64,000 bases of DNA, from the NCBI GenBank assembly GCA_947570615.1, contig CANOVJ010000002.1:66367-130366 (forward strand). The letters are read 5' to 3'. Shown here one piece after another: positions 27,452 to 37,350 of the stretch. Every line of letters starts with the position of its first letter. Within the stretch, counting starts at the first letter, position 1. A program made the translations under genes and the position numbers. This stretch comes from an uncultured Lachnospiraceae bacterium (GTDB taxonomy: Bacteria; Bacillota; Clostridia; Lachnospirales; Lachnospiraceae). The notes under the pieces were generated by a model. The model did no database searches. It had not been told where the DNA came from and saw only the letters and a program-made list of their open reading frames with translations.

Positions 27452-29328
27452 AGTTGCGCCCCCTTTCCGCTCTCCGTACAGATCCCGCAGCCATACCGGG
27501 AGGCGCCGCAGCCATTGCACCGCTCCTTACAGTTGGGCGTGACCTCTCCCCTGCATGATCTGTGCCACTCTCTTAAAAGAAACGCCCTGCTCACGCCGCA
27601 GTCCAGGAAATCCCAGGGAAACACCTCGTCGTCCGCTCTCTCCCGGACCGTATAAAAATCAGGATCCACCCCGCATTCGGAGAAAGCCGATAACCACACG
27701 TCGTTCCGGTAATACTCGCTCCAGGCGTCGTAGAGACAGCCCTTTTCGTAGGCTCGCAGGATCACCTGGTTCAGACGCCTGTCCCCTCTGGCGAAGACTC
27801 CCTCCAGCACGCTGGCGTCCGCCTCATGCCAGTTGTATTTGATGCTTTTCTGATTGAGCTCTCCCGCAATAGATGTTCTGGTCAGGTAAGCCTTTTCCAG
27901 GAACTGTTCCTTCGTGTTCTGGGCGGCCCACTGGAAGGGGGTAAAGGGCTTGGGGATAAAAAAGGAGGTGCTGGCCACGATCTGCACCCGGCCGTTTCGT
28001 TTTTCTCTGGGAACCGTATCATAAAACAGGGCGGCAATCTTGTTGCACAGATGGGCGATCTCCCGGATGTCCTCCTGCGTCTCCATGGGAAGCCCCAGCA
28101 TGAAGTAGAGCTTGACCCTTGTCCAGCCGCCCTCGAAGGCCAGCCGCGCCCCCTCCAGAATGACTTCTTCGGTCAATCCCTTGTTGATGATATCCCGCAT
28201 GCGCTGGCTTCCCGCCTCCGGAGCAAAGGTAAGGCTGCTCTTTTTTACATCCTGCACCCTGTTCATCACATCCAGCGAAAAGGCGTCGATCCGCAGGGAG
28301 GGCAGGGAGATATTGATCTTCTCCTGTCCGCACTTTTCAATGAGATAATCCAGAAGCTCCGGCAGACGGGAATAATCGCTGGAGCTTAAGGAGCTTAAGG
28401 AAATCTCCTCATGCCCTGTATTTTTGAGCATCTCCACCGCATAGCGCTTTAAGGTATCCACATCCCGCTCCCGCACCGGACGGTAAATCTGTCCGGCCTG
28501 ACAGAACCGGCAGCCTCTGATACAGCCTCTCTGGATCTCCAGAACCACCCTGTCCTGGGTCACCTGGATAAAGGGGACTACGGGCTTTAAGGGATAATAT
28601 GTGTCCGTCATATCCTTAACCAGCTCTTTTTCGATGATCTGCGGGATTCCCTCCTCCAGAGGGATCCGCTCACGGATGGTCCCGTCCTCCCTGTAAATCA
28701 CCTCATACAGGGATGGCACATAGATACCGGGGATCAGGGCGGCCCTGCACAAAAACTTCCGGCGCGTCCATCCCCCGGCCTTATACTCTTTGTAAAGATC
28801 CAGAAGCTCCCGGTAGCGGGTCTCCGCCTCGCCCACATAGATCAGATCAAAAAAGTCGCAGAAGGGCTCCGGATTGTAGGTGCAGGGACCGCCCCCGATG
28901 ACAACGGGATCCTGCTCCCCTCTGTCCCTGGCAAGAAGCGGGATGCCGGATAAGTCCAGGATCTGCAGAATATTCGTGTAGCACATTTCATACTGGATGG
29001 TGATGCCCAGGAAATCAAAATCGCGGACCGGATCCTGGGATTCCAGCGCAAACAGAGGGATCTTCTCCTTTCTCATGATCTGATCCAGATCCACCCAGGG
29101 AGAATATACCCTCTCGCACCACACGTCCTCAAACTGGTTCATCATATCATAAATGATCTGAATCCCCAGATGGGACATGCCGATTTCATACACATCCGGG
29201 AAGCACATGGCGAACCGCACCGCCACCTGCTCCTTATCCTTCATCACCGCGTTTACCTCCCCGCCGATATAGCGGGCAGGCTTTTCCACCTGCAGCAGTA
29301 TATCATCTCTTAAAGCAAGTTTTCTCAT
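27448..29328 (-). CDS. B12-binding radical SAM protein (TIGR03960-like)
   Basis: KPARYIGGE, CxxxCxxC (GCIRGCRFC), FAPEAGSQRMR, KLYFMLGLP. Confidence 0.88.
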   Translation of the reverse strand: MRKLALRDDILLQVEKPARYIGGEVNAVMKDKEQVAVRFAMCFPDVYEIGMSHLGIQIIYDMMNQFEDVWCERVYSPWVDLDQIMRKEKIPLFALESQDPVRDFDFLGITIQYEMCYTNILQILDLSGIPLLARDRGEQDPVVIGGGPCTYNPEPFCDFFDLIYVGEAETRYRELLDLYKEYKAGGWTRRKFLCRAALIPGIYVPSLYEVIYREDGTIRERIPLEEGIPQIIEKELVKDMTDTYYPLKPVVPFIQVTQDRVVLEIQRGCIRGCRFCQAGQIYRPVRERDVDTLKRYAVEMLKNTGHEEISLSSLSSSDYSRLPELLDYLIEKCGQEKINISLPSLRIDAFSLDVMNRVQDVKKSSLTFAPEAGSQRMRDIINKGLTEEVILEGARLAFEGGWTRVKLYFMLGLPMETQEDIREIAHLCNKIAALFYDTVPREKRNGRVQIVASTSFFIPKPFTPFQWAAQNTKEQFLEKAYLTRTSIAGELNQKSIKYNWHEADASVLEGVFARGDRRLNQVILRAYEKGCLYDAWSEYYRNDVWLSAFSECGVDPDFYTVRERADDEVFPWDFLDCGVSRAFLLREWHRSCRGEVTPNCKERCNGCGASRYGCGICTESGKGAQL

Positions 29329-29334
29329 TTTCTT

Positions 29335-29700
29335 TTATGTCCTCTTAAAAAGCTCCGTCAGATCCGGGCTCTCCACGATTTGCCCGAAGATGGACTGTGT
29401 GGTCTGTCCCTGATAGCTCACCTGATTGATATCGCACAAAATAAAGAAAAGAAGCAGCGCCATGGCGATCACGAAGCGGATCCGAAAGCTCCCGGCGATG
29501 GAGCCCTTTCCATTCAGGGACTTTTCCATGGGATCCCCTGCTCTGTCCATGTTCTCCAGCCCGTAGAGCTCTCCCCGCCCATCCGCCATATCGGAGTATA
29601 AAAGCCCCTCCCTGGAGCGGAAGAGCTGTCTGTCGTAATGATTCTGCATCCGGATCGCCCGCACCAGCTCCAGCTTTTTGTTTGTGGTTACCTTACCCAT
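29335..29700 (-). CDS. Hypothetical membrane protein
   Basis: 121-aa ORF with one TM segment (FVIAMALLLFFILCDI), directly upstream of the radical SAM gene. Confidence 0.6.
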   Translation of the reverse strand: MGKVTTNKKLELVRAIRMQNHYDRQLFRSREGLLYSDMADGRGELYGLENMDRAGDPMEKSLNGKGSIAGSFRIRFVIAMALLLFFILCDINQVSYQGQTTQSIFGQIVESPDLTELFKRT

Positions 29701-29843
29701 AATATTCGTTCCCGGAAATCAGCCTTACTAAAGGCTATGCAGGAGCCCTGGAATATATGTCTGGCGCTGCACGCCCGTTCCTCCACTAAGCGGGATATTC
29801 CCGGAACATGTCCTACGGACATGTTGTCCTGCGGACATGTTTT

Positions 29844-31130
29844 TCATCGTCTGGCCAGCTCCTGTGTGATCTCCTCCCAGCTCACGCCCTTCTCCGCCAT
29901 CAGAACCATCATATGGTAGAGGAAATCCGCGATCTCATATTTGATCTCATTGGCATTGGGGTTTTTGGCGGCGATCACGATCTCCGTGGCCTCCTCCCCA
30001 AGCTTTTTCAAAATCTTGTCAATGCCCTTGTCAAAAAGATAATTGGTATAGGACCCTTCTCTGGGATGAACCTTCCGGTCACGGATCACATCAAAAACGG
30101 TCTCAAACACCGTAAGAGGGTCGGTCTGTGCGTACTCCTTTTTCAGGATCTCCTGGAAAAAGCAGCTGTGATTTCCGGTATGGCATGCCGCCCCCACCTG
30201 GGAAACCTTCGCAAGAAGGGTATCCCGGTCGCAGTCCGCGATCAGCTCCTTCACATACTGGAAGTGGCCGCTTGTCTCCCCCTTGACCCACTGCTCCCTG
30301 CGGCTTCTGCTGTAATAGGTCATGCGGCCGCTGTGGACGGTGTGGAGATAGGCCTCCTCATTCATGTAGGCCACCATCAGCACCTCCCGGGTCTGGCAGT
30401 CCTGCACCACCACCGGGATCAGGCCGTCGGAATTTAAGGTGAGCTCCTCCCAGGCGATGGCAGGGGTAAAGGTCTGTACATGAATGTTGTTTTCCCCGCA
30501 GAGGGATTTGATGGAGTTGATCTCCATGGCGTTGGCGTTGACGGCTGCTCCCGTGATCCCGGCAATGGAATCCAGGGAGAGCAGCGCCATGAGCCTGTCC
30601 AGAGACACCTCGGAAAGCGACGCAATCACCGGAAGCTCCGATGCGCAAACGGCCTGTCTGATCTCCTTTTCTCCCAGCAAAATCACCCCGCCGGCGTATT
30701 CCATAAGCAGATCCCGGTTGGCGGTGATCTCAGCCGTACTGCGCACACAGGCGAGAATTTTTTCCTTCCCGAATTTCAGGGAGACCTCCTGCGTCAGGGC
30801 GATATTTTCCTCTTTGGAATAGTTCAGCGCCACCTTCTGGCACCCGGCATAGAGAAGCTTTTTCACATCCTCCATGCGGCGTACGTTTCCGGCCCCGATG
30901 ACGGGGATCTGTGCCTCGCTGCAGATCAGCCTGATGGCATCCAGCGCCGTTTCATGGGCGGTATCATCCGTGGAAAGATCATAGACGATCAGCTCATCTG
31001 CTCCGTTCTCCCCGTAAAACCGGGCAAGACCCGCCGGATCGTCGCTGACCGGGGCGGGATCCTTAAAGCCCGCCGTCGCCTTTTCCTTTAACAGATAAAT
31101 ACATGGTATGAATTTTTTAAAATTGTTCAT
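29844..31130 (-). CDS. hisIE: HisF-like barrel fused to bifunctional HisIE (minus strand; ORF track says +)
   Basis: Reverse complement gives ATG at 31130 and TGA at 29844; HisI motifs YYSRSR, DCD.D, GAACHTG; HisE motifs [21 protein letters not shown]. Confidence 0.88.
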   Translation of the reverse strand: MNNFKKFIPCIYLLKEKATAGFKDPAPVSDDPAGLARFYGENGADELIVYDLSTDDTAHETALDAIRLICSEAQIPVIGAGNVRRMEDVKKLLYAGCQKVALNYSKEENIALTQEVSLKFGKEKILACVRSTAEITANRDLLMEYAGGVILLGEKEIRQAVCASELPVIASLSEVSLDRLMALLSLDSIAGITGAAVNANAMEINSIKSLCGENNIHVQTFTPAIAWEELTLNSDGLIPVVVQDCQTREVLMVAYMNEEAYLHTVHSGRMTYYSRSRREQWVKGETSGHFQYVKELIADCDRDTLLAKVSQVGAACHTGNHSCFFQEILKKEYAQTDPLTVFETVFDVIRDRKVHPREGSYTNYLFDKGIDKILKKLGEEATEIVIAAKNPNANEIKYEIADFLYHMMVLMAEKGVSWEEITQELARR

Positions 31131-31203
31131 GATTTCATTATGTCCTTTTTGAGGGAATCCCCACATATTTTACATTTGTACTTCCAGACTTATCCCCCGC
31201 ATA

Positions 31204-31797
31204 TCACAGGCTTCCCTTGGTGCTGAGCACGCCGCCGATCCGGGGATCCAGCCCTGTGGCCGTATCGAGCGCCCTGCCAAAGGCCTTGAAGATGGCCTCG
31301 ATCATGTGATGGCTGTTCAGCCCGGAGAGCATTTTAATATGAAGGTTCATCCCCGCGCTGTAAGAGAGGGCGTAAAAGAATTCCCGCACCAGCTCCGTGT
31401 CCAGTTCTCCCACCCTCTGCGTGGGAAATTCACAGTCAAAGGCAAAATACGGTCTCCCGCACAGATCAATGGCGCACAGCACCAGGGCGTCGTCCATGGG
31501 AAGAACGCAGGAGCCGTAACGCCGGATCCCCTTCTTGTCGCCGAGCGCCTCCCGCAGCGCCGTTCCCAGCACAATCCCCCCATCCTCAACACAGTGATGT
31601 CCGTCCACCTCCAGATCCCCCCTGATTTCCATGGAGAGATCAAAGAATCCATGCCTGGAAAACCCTTCCAGCATATGATCCAGAAATCCGATCCCGGTGC
31701 GGGCCTCACACTTTCCGCTCCCGTCCAGATCAAGCTCCGCCACGATATCCGTCTCCTTTGTCCTGCGCGTAACATGCGCCGTTCTGCTCTCTGTCAT
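31204..31797 (-). CDS. hisB: Imidazoleglycerol-phosphate dehydratase
   Basis: RRTKETDI, FLDHML, DGHHCVED, PMDDAL, NSHHMIEAIFKA. Confidence 0.95.
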   Translation of the reverse strand: MTESRTAHVTRRTKETDIVAELDLDGSGKCEARTGIGFLDHMLEGFSRHGFFDLSMEIRGDLEVDGHHCVEDGGIVLGTALREALGDKKGIRRYGSCVLPMDDALVLCAIDLCGRPYFAFDCEFPTQRVGELDTELVREFFYALSYSAGMNLHIKMLSGLNSHHMIEAIFKAFGRALDTATGLDPRIGGVLSTKGSL

Positions 31798-31809
31798 CTC
31801 ATATCCTCC

Positions 31810-33102
31810 TCATGGTGTAAAACGCACCCGCACAGAATTCGCGTGGGCCGTCAGCCCTTCCCTGTCCGCAAACATTTCAACCTGTTCATGAACCTTCTCA
31901 AGGGCATTCCTGGAATAAGAAATAATACTGGTTTTCTTCATAAAATCATCCACATTTAAGGGGGAGAAAAACCGCGCCGTGCCATTGGTGGGCAGGATGT
32001 GGTTGGGGCCGGCAAAATAGTCTCCCAGGGGCTCGGAGGAATACGCTCCCAGGAAAACAGCCCCCGCATTTTTAATCCGGGTCATCACCTCGAAGGGATT
32101 TCGGGTGAGGATCTCCAGATGCTCCGAGGCGATCTCGTTGGCCGCCTCTATGGCCGCCTCGATATCCTGCGCCACCAGAATATACCCATAATTTTCCAGC
32201 GATTTTTCGATAATCTCCTTTCGGGAGAGGGTTTCGCAAAAGGCCTCCGCCTCCCTGGAAACCGCCTCCGCAAGCTCTCTGCTGGTAGTGATCAGGATGG
32301 CGCTGGCCATCTCGTCGTGCTCAGCCTGGGAGAGAAGATCCGCCGCCACATACCGGGGATTGGCGCTCTCGTCCGCCAGCACCAGAATCTCGCTGGGCCC
32401 GGCGATGGAGTCGATGCTCACATAACCGAAGCATGCCTTCTTGGCCAGGGCCACAAAGATATTTCCAGGGCCCGTGATCTTATCCACCCTGGGGATACTC
32501 TCCGTTCCAAAGGCCATGGCGGCGATGGCCTGCGCGCCTCCCGCCTTATAGATCTCGTGAACCCCCGCAATGTCCGCGGCCGCCAGAATACCGGGATCGA
32601 TCTTCCCGTCCGGGCCGGGAGGGGTGGTCATAATGATCCTGGAAACCCCCGCCACTCTTGCAGGCAGCACATTCATAAGGACGCTGGAGGGATAGGGTGC
32701 CTTTCCACCGGGCACATAGACGCCGGACACGGCGATGGGGGTGAGCTTCTGCCCCAGGATCGAACCGTCCTCCTGCGGCTCAAACCAGCTGTTGCGCCGC
32801 TGTTTTTCATGAAAACGGATGATATTGGCGGCGGCGTTCTCCATCACCTGTAAAAACGCAGGGCTCACCTCATCCCTTGCCCTTTGGATCTCCTCCCCGC
32901 TCACCCGCACGCTCTGAGCGTCCAGGGAGCATTTGTCGAACCTCCTGGTGTATTCAAACAGAGCCTCGTCCCCGCGCTCTCTCACATTCCGGATGATCTC
33001 GCTCACCGTCCGCTCGTATTCCCCGTAGCTGACCGGACTTCTTTTCAGAAGATTTTCCAGAAGATTTTTTGTGTTCTGTTGGTTTAACTCTACAATTCTC
33101 AT
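31810..33102 (-). CDS. hisD: Histidinol dehydrogenase
   Basis: YVPGG, GGAQAIAA, IAGPSE, DLLSQAEHD, SEHLE, GPNHILPT; start set at MRIVEL overlapping the hisG stop. Confidence 0.95.
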   Translation of the reverse strand: MRIVELNQQNTKNLLENLLKRSPVSYGEYERTVSEIIRNVRERGDEALFEYTRRFDKCSLDAQSVRVSGEEIQRARDEVSPAFLQVMENAAANIIRFHEKQRRNSWFEPQEDGSILGQKLTPIAVSGVYVPGGKAPYPSSVLMNVLPARVAGVSRIIMTTPPGPDGKIDPGILAAADIAGVHEIYKAGGAQAIAAMAFGTESIPRVDKITGPGNIFVALAKKACFGYVSIDSIAGPSEILVLADESANPRYVAADLLSQAEHDEMASAILITTSRELAEAVSREAEAFCETLSRKEIIEKSLENYGYILVAQDIEAAIEAANEIASEHLEILTRNPFEVMTRIKNAGAVFLGAYSSEPLGDYFAGPNHILPTNGTARFFSPLNVDDFMKKTSIISYSRNALEKVHEQVEMFADREGLTAHANSVRVRFTP

Positions 33103-33761
33103 CTGATACCCGTACCTTTCTGCTGCTCTCTGATCTGCGCGATCAGACTCCTGATCCGCTCCGTCTGCATCTGCATACTGACCTGATTGACGATCATTCT
33201 GGCGGATAAGGGACAGATCTCCTCCAGCACCATAAGCCCGTTCTCCCTTAAGGTGGAGCCGGTCTCCACAATATCCACAATCACATCGGAAAGCCCCACG
33301 ATGGGGCCAAGCTCCACGGAGCCGTTCAGCCTGATGATATCCACGGTCTGATGCTTCTGATTGTAAAAATAGTCTCTTGCGATCACCGGATATTTGCTTG
33401 CCACGCGGATTCTCTCGTGATGGAGCAGAAGCTCTCCCGCGCTCTGCGGGCCGCACACGCACATGCGGCATTTCCCGAAGCCCAGATCCAGCACCTCATA
33501 GACCCGTCTGTTTTCCTCCAGTATGGTATCCCGGCCGGCCACGCCGATATCCGCCGCGCCGTATTCCACATAGGTGGGCACGTCCGAACCCTTGGAGAGG
33601 AAAAACTTCATCTTCCTTTCCTCGTTCACGAAAATCAGCCTGCGGGAGCGTTTATCCTTCATCTCCTCGCAGGTGATACCGATTTTTTCAAGAAGGGAGA
33701 GGGTCTGCTCCGCAAGCCTTCCCTTTCCCAGGGCAAATGTCAGATATCTCTCCTCACTCAC
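33099..33761 (-). CDS. hisG: ATP phosphoribosyltransferase, short form
   Basis: ALGKGRL, DVPTYVEYGAADIG, DIVETGSTLRENGL; short form consistent with adjacent hisZ. Confidence 0.94.
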   Translation of the reverse strand: MSEERYLTFALGKGRLAEQTLSLLEKIGITCEEMKDKRSRRLIFVNEERKMKFFLSKGSDVPTYVEYGAADIGVAGRDTILEENRRVYEVLDLGFGKCRMCVCGPQSAGELLLHHERIRVASKYPVIARDYFYNQKHQTVDIIRLNGSVELGPIVGLSDVIVDIVETGSTLRENGLMVLEEICPLSARMIVNQVSMQMQTERIRSLIAQIREQQKGTGIR

Positions 33762-34896
33762 AGTCTGCCCCCTTTCTCCCCGCCTGCCTTTCGGGGATCA
33801 GAACAGTTTCCTGCCCCTTTCTTCGCAGCTCCCTGGCCTGTGAGAGCTTTTCCTCATAGTCGTCGGGGCTGTAGATAAGCCGGACTGCCTTCCTGCGCGC
33901 GGGAAGAGCGGCCTTCTGACGCTTTAAGGCCGCCAGAAGATCGTCGATCACCACCGCAAAGCCGATGGCCGGGGCGTTCTTCCCGAAATGCCCCAGCAGA
34001 CGGTCATAGCGTCCGCCCTTGACCACAGGCTCCCCCACCCCGTAGGTGTAGACCTTGAAAATCACGCCGGTGTAATAATTGTATTTGCTCAGCATCCCCA
34101 GGTCGAAGGAGACATACCGCTCCACCCCGTACTGGCAGAGCACATGATACAGCTTCTCAAGGCGCTCCACCGCCGCCAGGGAGCGCTCATTCCCGGCCAG
34201 GGCCCTGGCGTCCCCGAGAATCAGGGCCGTGCCGAAGTGCTCCGTCACCTTCAACAGGGTTTCGGAGAAGGCCTGCGGGATCCTGCGCTCCTCCAGAAGG
34301 GCCCTGGCCCCAAAGAGATTCTTGGCGGAGATAAACTCCCGCAGCTCGTTTTCCGTCTCCTCCTCAAGACCTGCCTGGGCGCAGATCCCCTTGAAATATT
34401 CCACCTGGCCCACGCTCACCTGAAAATCCTTAAGCCCCGCCCCAAGCAGGGACTCCGCCACCAGGGCGATCATCTCGCCGTCCGCCTCGGGACTGTCGTC
34501 GTTCATCAGCTCGGCCCCCATCTGGGTCACCTCCCGCAGCCGCCCCTGGAGACTGCCCGTGTTGGCAAAGGTATTTCCCATATAGCACAGGCGGATGGGC
34601 ACATCCTCATCCAGATAATACTTTGCCACACATCTGGCGATGGAGGGCGTAAAGTCCGGACGCAGCACCAGGGTATTGCCCTCCTTGTCAAAAAACTTAT
34701 ACAGCTCTCTGGAGGGGGTGGTTCCGATCTCCCTGGAAAAGACGTCGAAAAATTCAAAGGTAGGCGTCTGGATATCCTGATAACCGTAGAGGTTTAACTG
34801 TCTGTGGATGGCCTCCTCCACGGACAGCTTTCCGGCATACTCGTCGCCGTAGATATCCCGCACGCCCTCCGGCGTGTGCAATAACTGTCGATTCAT
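33754..34896 (-). CDS. hisZ: ATP phosphoribosyltransferase regulatory subunit
   Basis: HisRS-like fold: PEGVRD, LRPDFTPSIAR, YYTG, GGRYD. Confidence 0.92.
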   Translation of the reverse strand: MNRQLLHTPEGVRDIYGDEYAGKLSVEEAIHRQLNLYGYQDIQTPTFEFFDVFSREIGTTPSRELYKFFDKEGNTLVLRPDFTPSIARCVAKYYLDEDVPIRLCYMGNTFANTGSLQGRLREVTQMGAELMNDDSPEADGEMIALVAESLLGAGLKDFQVSVGQVEYFKGICAQAGLEEETENELREFISAKNLFGARALLEERRIPQAFSETLLKVTEHFGTALILGDARALAGNERSLAAVERLEKLYHVLCQYGVERYVSFDLGMLSKYNYYTGVIFKVYTYGVGEPVVKGGRYDRLLGHFGKNAPAIGFAVVIDDLLAALKRQKAALPARRKAVRLIYSPDDYEEKLSQARELRRKGQETVLIPERQAGRKGADCE

Positions 34897-34913
34897 GTAC
34901 TGTGATGCTCCTT

Positions 34914-34933
34914 TGCTTTAATACTTTAAAGTG
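34914..34933. promoter_or_regulatory. Probable HisR (TrpR/YerC-family) operator
   Basis: TGCTTTA-atactt-TAAAGTG, close to the palindrome CACTTTA-N6-TAAAGTG recalled for HisR; adjoins the hisZ RBS. Confidence 0.55.
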
Positions 34934-34963
34934 ATAATTCGCTACCATGTGAAACTACCTGAT

Positions 34964-34992
34964 AGTATATAAAAAGAACGGCTTCTTGTCAA
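34964..34992 (-). promoter_or_regulatory. Sigma-A promoter of the his operon
   Basis: TTGACA-17 bp-TATACT on the minus strand. Confidence 0.75.
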
Positions 34993-35062
34993 ATGTTTTT
35001 GTTGACATAAGGATGTCTGGCGCAGCCCTGCATCCGTTGCTCTGGTATCCTGCGGAAAACGC

Positions 35063-35608
35063 TCAGCCCTCAAAGTATCCTCTCTCCTCCAGATCCTTAC
35101 TGAGCATGTCCAGATAGGGGACGAACACTCCGTGCTTTCTGGGAAGGATATATTCCGGGTTGAGCTCCTCATAAAGAAAGCTTTTGCGCCCCCCGTTCAG
35201 GGCCCGTTCCCAGAAAAAATGAAAGATCTCAAAGGGCAGATAATAAAATTCATCCCGGTGGGAAAAGTAGATGAGGAAAAAGGCCACTCCCTTCTGCTTT
35301 TCAAACTGATCCATGAACGCCACCTGGTGGGCGTGGATATTCTGAAGGGCGAAACGGTCCACCGCGCATTCCTTGGCGTCAAAGCACACCGGAATCCCCT
35401 GAACCACGCCGATATAGTCCACCGTGCTCTTCTGCTCGAAGTATGCCAGCGTGATATGCCGGGATTCCTTGTCGATATTGATGGGGGTGATGGGGGTGGG
35501 AATTTTCTGGATCAGAGCCAGCCCGCTCTCCAGATATTTTTCGTTGGTTCTGTTGACCAGATCCTCCAGTGTGGAGCCGCGAAGCCCCCTGGAACTCCAT
35601 GTAGCCAT
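35063..35608 (-). CDS. recU: Holliday junction resolvase RecU
   Basis: RGSTLE, KIPTP, STVDYIG, FDAKE, HQ motifs. Confidence 0.92.
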   Translation of the reverse strand: MATWSSRGLRGSTLEDLVNRTNEKYLESGLALIQKIPTPITPINIDKESRHITLAYFEQKSTVDYIGVVQGIPVCFDAKECAVDRFALQNIHAHQVAFMDQFEKQKGVAFFLIYFSHRDEFYYLPFEIFHFFWERALNGGRKSFLYEELNPEYILPRKHGVFVPYLDMLSKDLEERGYFEG

Positions 35609-35653
35609 TTTTTACCTGCTTTCTTTTTAAATAAGGACAGTCATACCGGGAGT

Positions 35654-36637
35654 TTACGGCGCCTCCTCCAGCCGTTTGAAATGATCAGGGGCAGGAACCG
35701 AGAGCGCTCTCCCGCTGAGTCCCTCAAAGGGAGCCTCCATCTGCGGAAACTCCAGCCGGCACGCATAGAGAAGCTGACTGCCGATCTGATACCGCTTTTT
35801 GTATTTTTCATTGAAATTTCTGTCGCCGTATTTGTAATCCCCGATCAGGGGATGCCCCGCCGCGGCCAGATGGATACGGATCTGATGGGTTTTTCCCGTG
35901 ATAAGCTCCGCCTCCACCAGCGTTCTGTCCGAAAACTGCCGGAGGGGATAATATCTGGTCTTTATAAAGACGGCCTGCTCCGACTCGCCCTTCTTTACCA
36001 GACGCACGGTATTGCTCTCCTCATCCTTCACCAGATACCCCTCCAGCAGAACCTCCTGCCTGACCTGTCCCTTTACGAACATGCGGTAAAACTTGCGGAT
36101 GCTGCGGCTTTTCAGGAGGGAACCGATCTTCTGGCTCCCCGCCAGGGTCCGCGCCCCCATCACCAGACCGGCGGTGTTGCGGTCAAGACGGTTGCACACG
36201 GAAGGGCGGTATGTATCCAGGCAGGCCTGCGCGCCGGGATCTGTAGCCAGCAGATAGCCGATCATCCACTCGTTCAGGGACTGATCCCCGCCGGCGGCTT
36301 TCTGGGAGAGAACCCCTGCGGGCTTGTTCATCACAATCACATGGGCGTCCTCATAGACCACCTGCACCCCCTTCAGGGAGCGGTAGGCCTCCTCATATTC
36401 TGAGGCCTGCTTCTGATTTCCCGAAAATTTCCCGATGGTCTCCTCCGAGAGATAAAGGCTGACCTCATCCCCCGCCTTAAGCTTTTCTCCGCCCTCGGCC
36501 TTTTTGCCGTTGAGGGTGATATTCTTTTTTCGAAGCATCTTATAAAAGAAAGAGGAGGGCGCGGCGGGCAGGAGCCTGTGAAGGAATTTATCCAGCCTCT
36601 GTCCGGCCTGCCTCTCCCCGATGGATATCTGTCGCAT
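35654..36637 (-). CDS. RluA/RluC family pseudouridine synthase
   Basis: S4 domain QRLDKFL, CNRLDRNTAG, TGKTHQIRIH. Confidence 0.88.
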   Translation of the reverse strand: MRQISIGERQAGQRLDKFLHRLLPAAPSSFFYKMLRKKNITLNGKKAEGGEKLKAGDEVSLYLSEETIGKFSGNQKQASEYEEAYRSLKGVQVVYEDAHVIVMNKPAGVLSQKAAGGDQSLNEWMIGYLLATDPGAQACLDTYRPSVCNRLDRNTAGLVMGARTLAGSQKIGSLLKSRSIRKFYRMFVKGQVRQEVLLEGYLVKDEESNTVRLVKKGESEQAVFIKTRYYPLRQFSDRTLVEAELITGKTHQIRIHLAAAGHPLIGDYKYGDRNFNEKYKKRYQIGSQLLYACRLEFPQMEAPFEGLSGRALSVPAPDHFKRLEEAP

Positions 36638-36715
36638 TTCTTTTTCCTTTCCCGCGAGTCTTCAATGAGCGCGGCCCCCGTCCGTTCACGGCGCTTTTAC
36701 ACGGCCCTCAGAAAG

Positions 36716-37294
36716 CTACAGGGTAATATCGTAGAGCGCCACCCGGACCTCGTCGTCCCTGGCGGGATCGCTCTGCGCCTTTGACCGGTTTAAGCTTTCA
36801 AGCTGTTCAGCATATTTCGAAAGGGAGTCGGTTACCGCGATGGTCATGTGGTTAAAGCCTGCCTGCTTCAGCATGGAGCTCAAATGGTCCCTGCAGGCGT
36901 TTTTGTCGCAGGTTTTGCTCTCCGTGAAGGCCAGGATCACATTCCCCTCCACGATCATGTGACTGATGGCAAAATTCTTCTGATAGGAGGTAAAATACAT
37001 GTCGTACATCCCGATCAGCCTTCCCTCCAGCGGCTGAATCGTTTTTTGGGCCTGCCTGCTGCACCCTGTGGCGCGAAAGAGCATGATTGCGCCGACCAGG
37101 CTCTTGCAGGCCGGGAGACACCCTAAAACCGCGATCACTGTCAGAAGATTTTCCTTTTTTCCGGTGGTTATGTATCCGGCCGCGAACAGCGCCAGAGAGA
37201 TCCCGAAAAAGAGGATCGTCCGAAGCGACACGTTAAGCCTTTTCGTCTTCAGATATCCAAAGTTACCCTTCACTGCCTTCATGTTACAGAGCAT
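36716..37294 (-). CDS. Hypothetical membrane protein
   Basis: Two N-terminal TM segments (KENLLTVIAVLGCLPA); in line with the downstream operon. Confidence 0.65.
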   Translation of the reverse strand: MLCNMKAVKGNFGYLKTKRLNVSLRTILFFGISLALFAAGYITTGKKENLLTVIAVLGCLPACKSLVGAIMLFRATGCSRQAQKTIQPLEGRLIGMYDMYFTSYQKNFAISHMIVEGNVILAFTESKTCDKNACRDHLSSMLKQAGFNHMTIAVTDSLSKYAEQLESLNRSKAQSDPARDDEVRVALYDITL

Positions 37295-37350
37295 ATTTTT
37301 CCTCCCTTTTTTCATAAACATTATCATAACACAAAACGGAAAAAGAGCCT

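Noticed and set aside
29844-31166. ORF track lists this 440-aa ORF on the + strand
   Set aside because: The protein is only obtained from the reverse complement (cat at 31128-31130, tca at 29844-29846); it is a minus-strand gene collinear with the his operon
33103-33471. 123-aa N-terminal extension on HisD suggested by the ORF track
   Set aside because: It lies wholly within hisG in another frame; the real start is the ATG overlapping the hisG stop
34897-35062. T-box or His leader-peptide attenuator upstream of hisZ
   Set aside because: The leader is too short, and there is no T-box motif or His codon run
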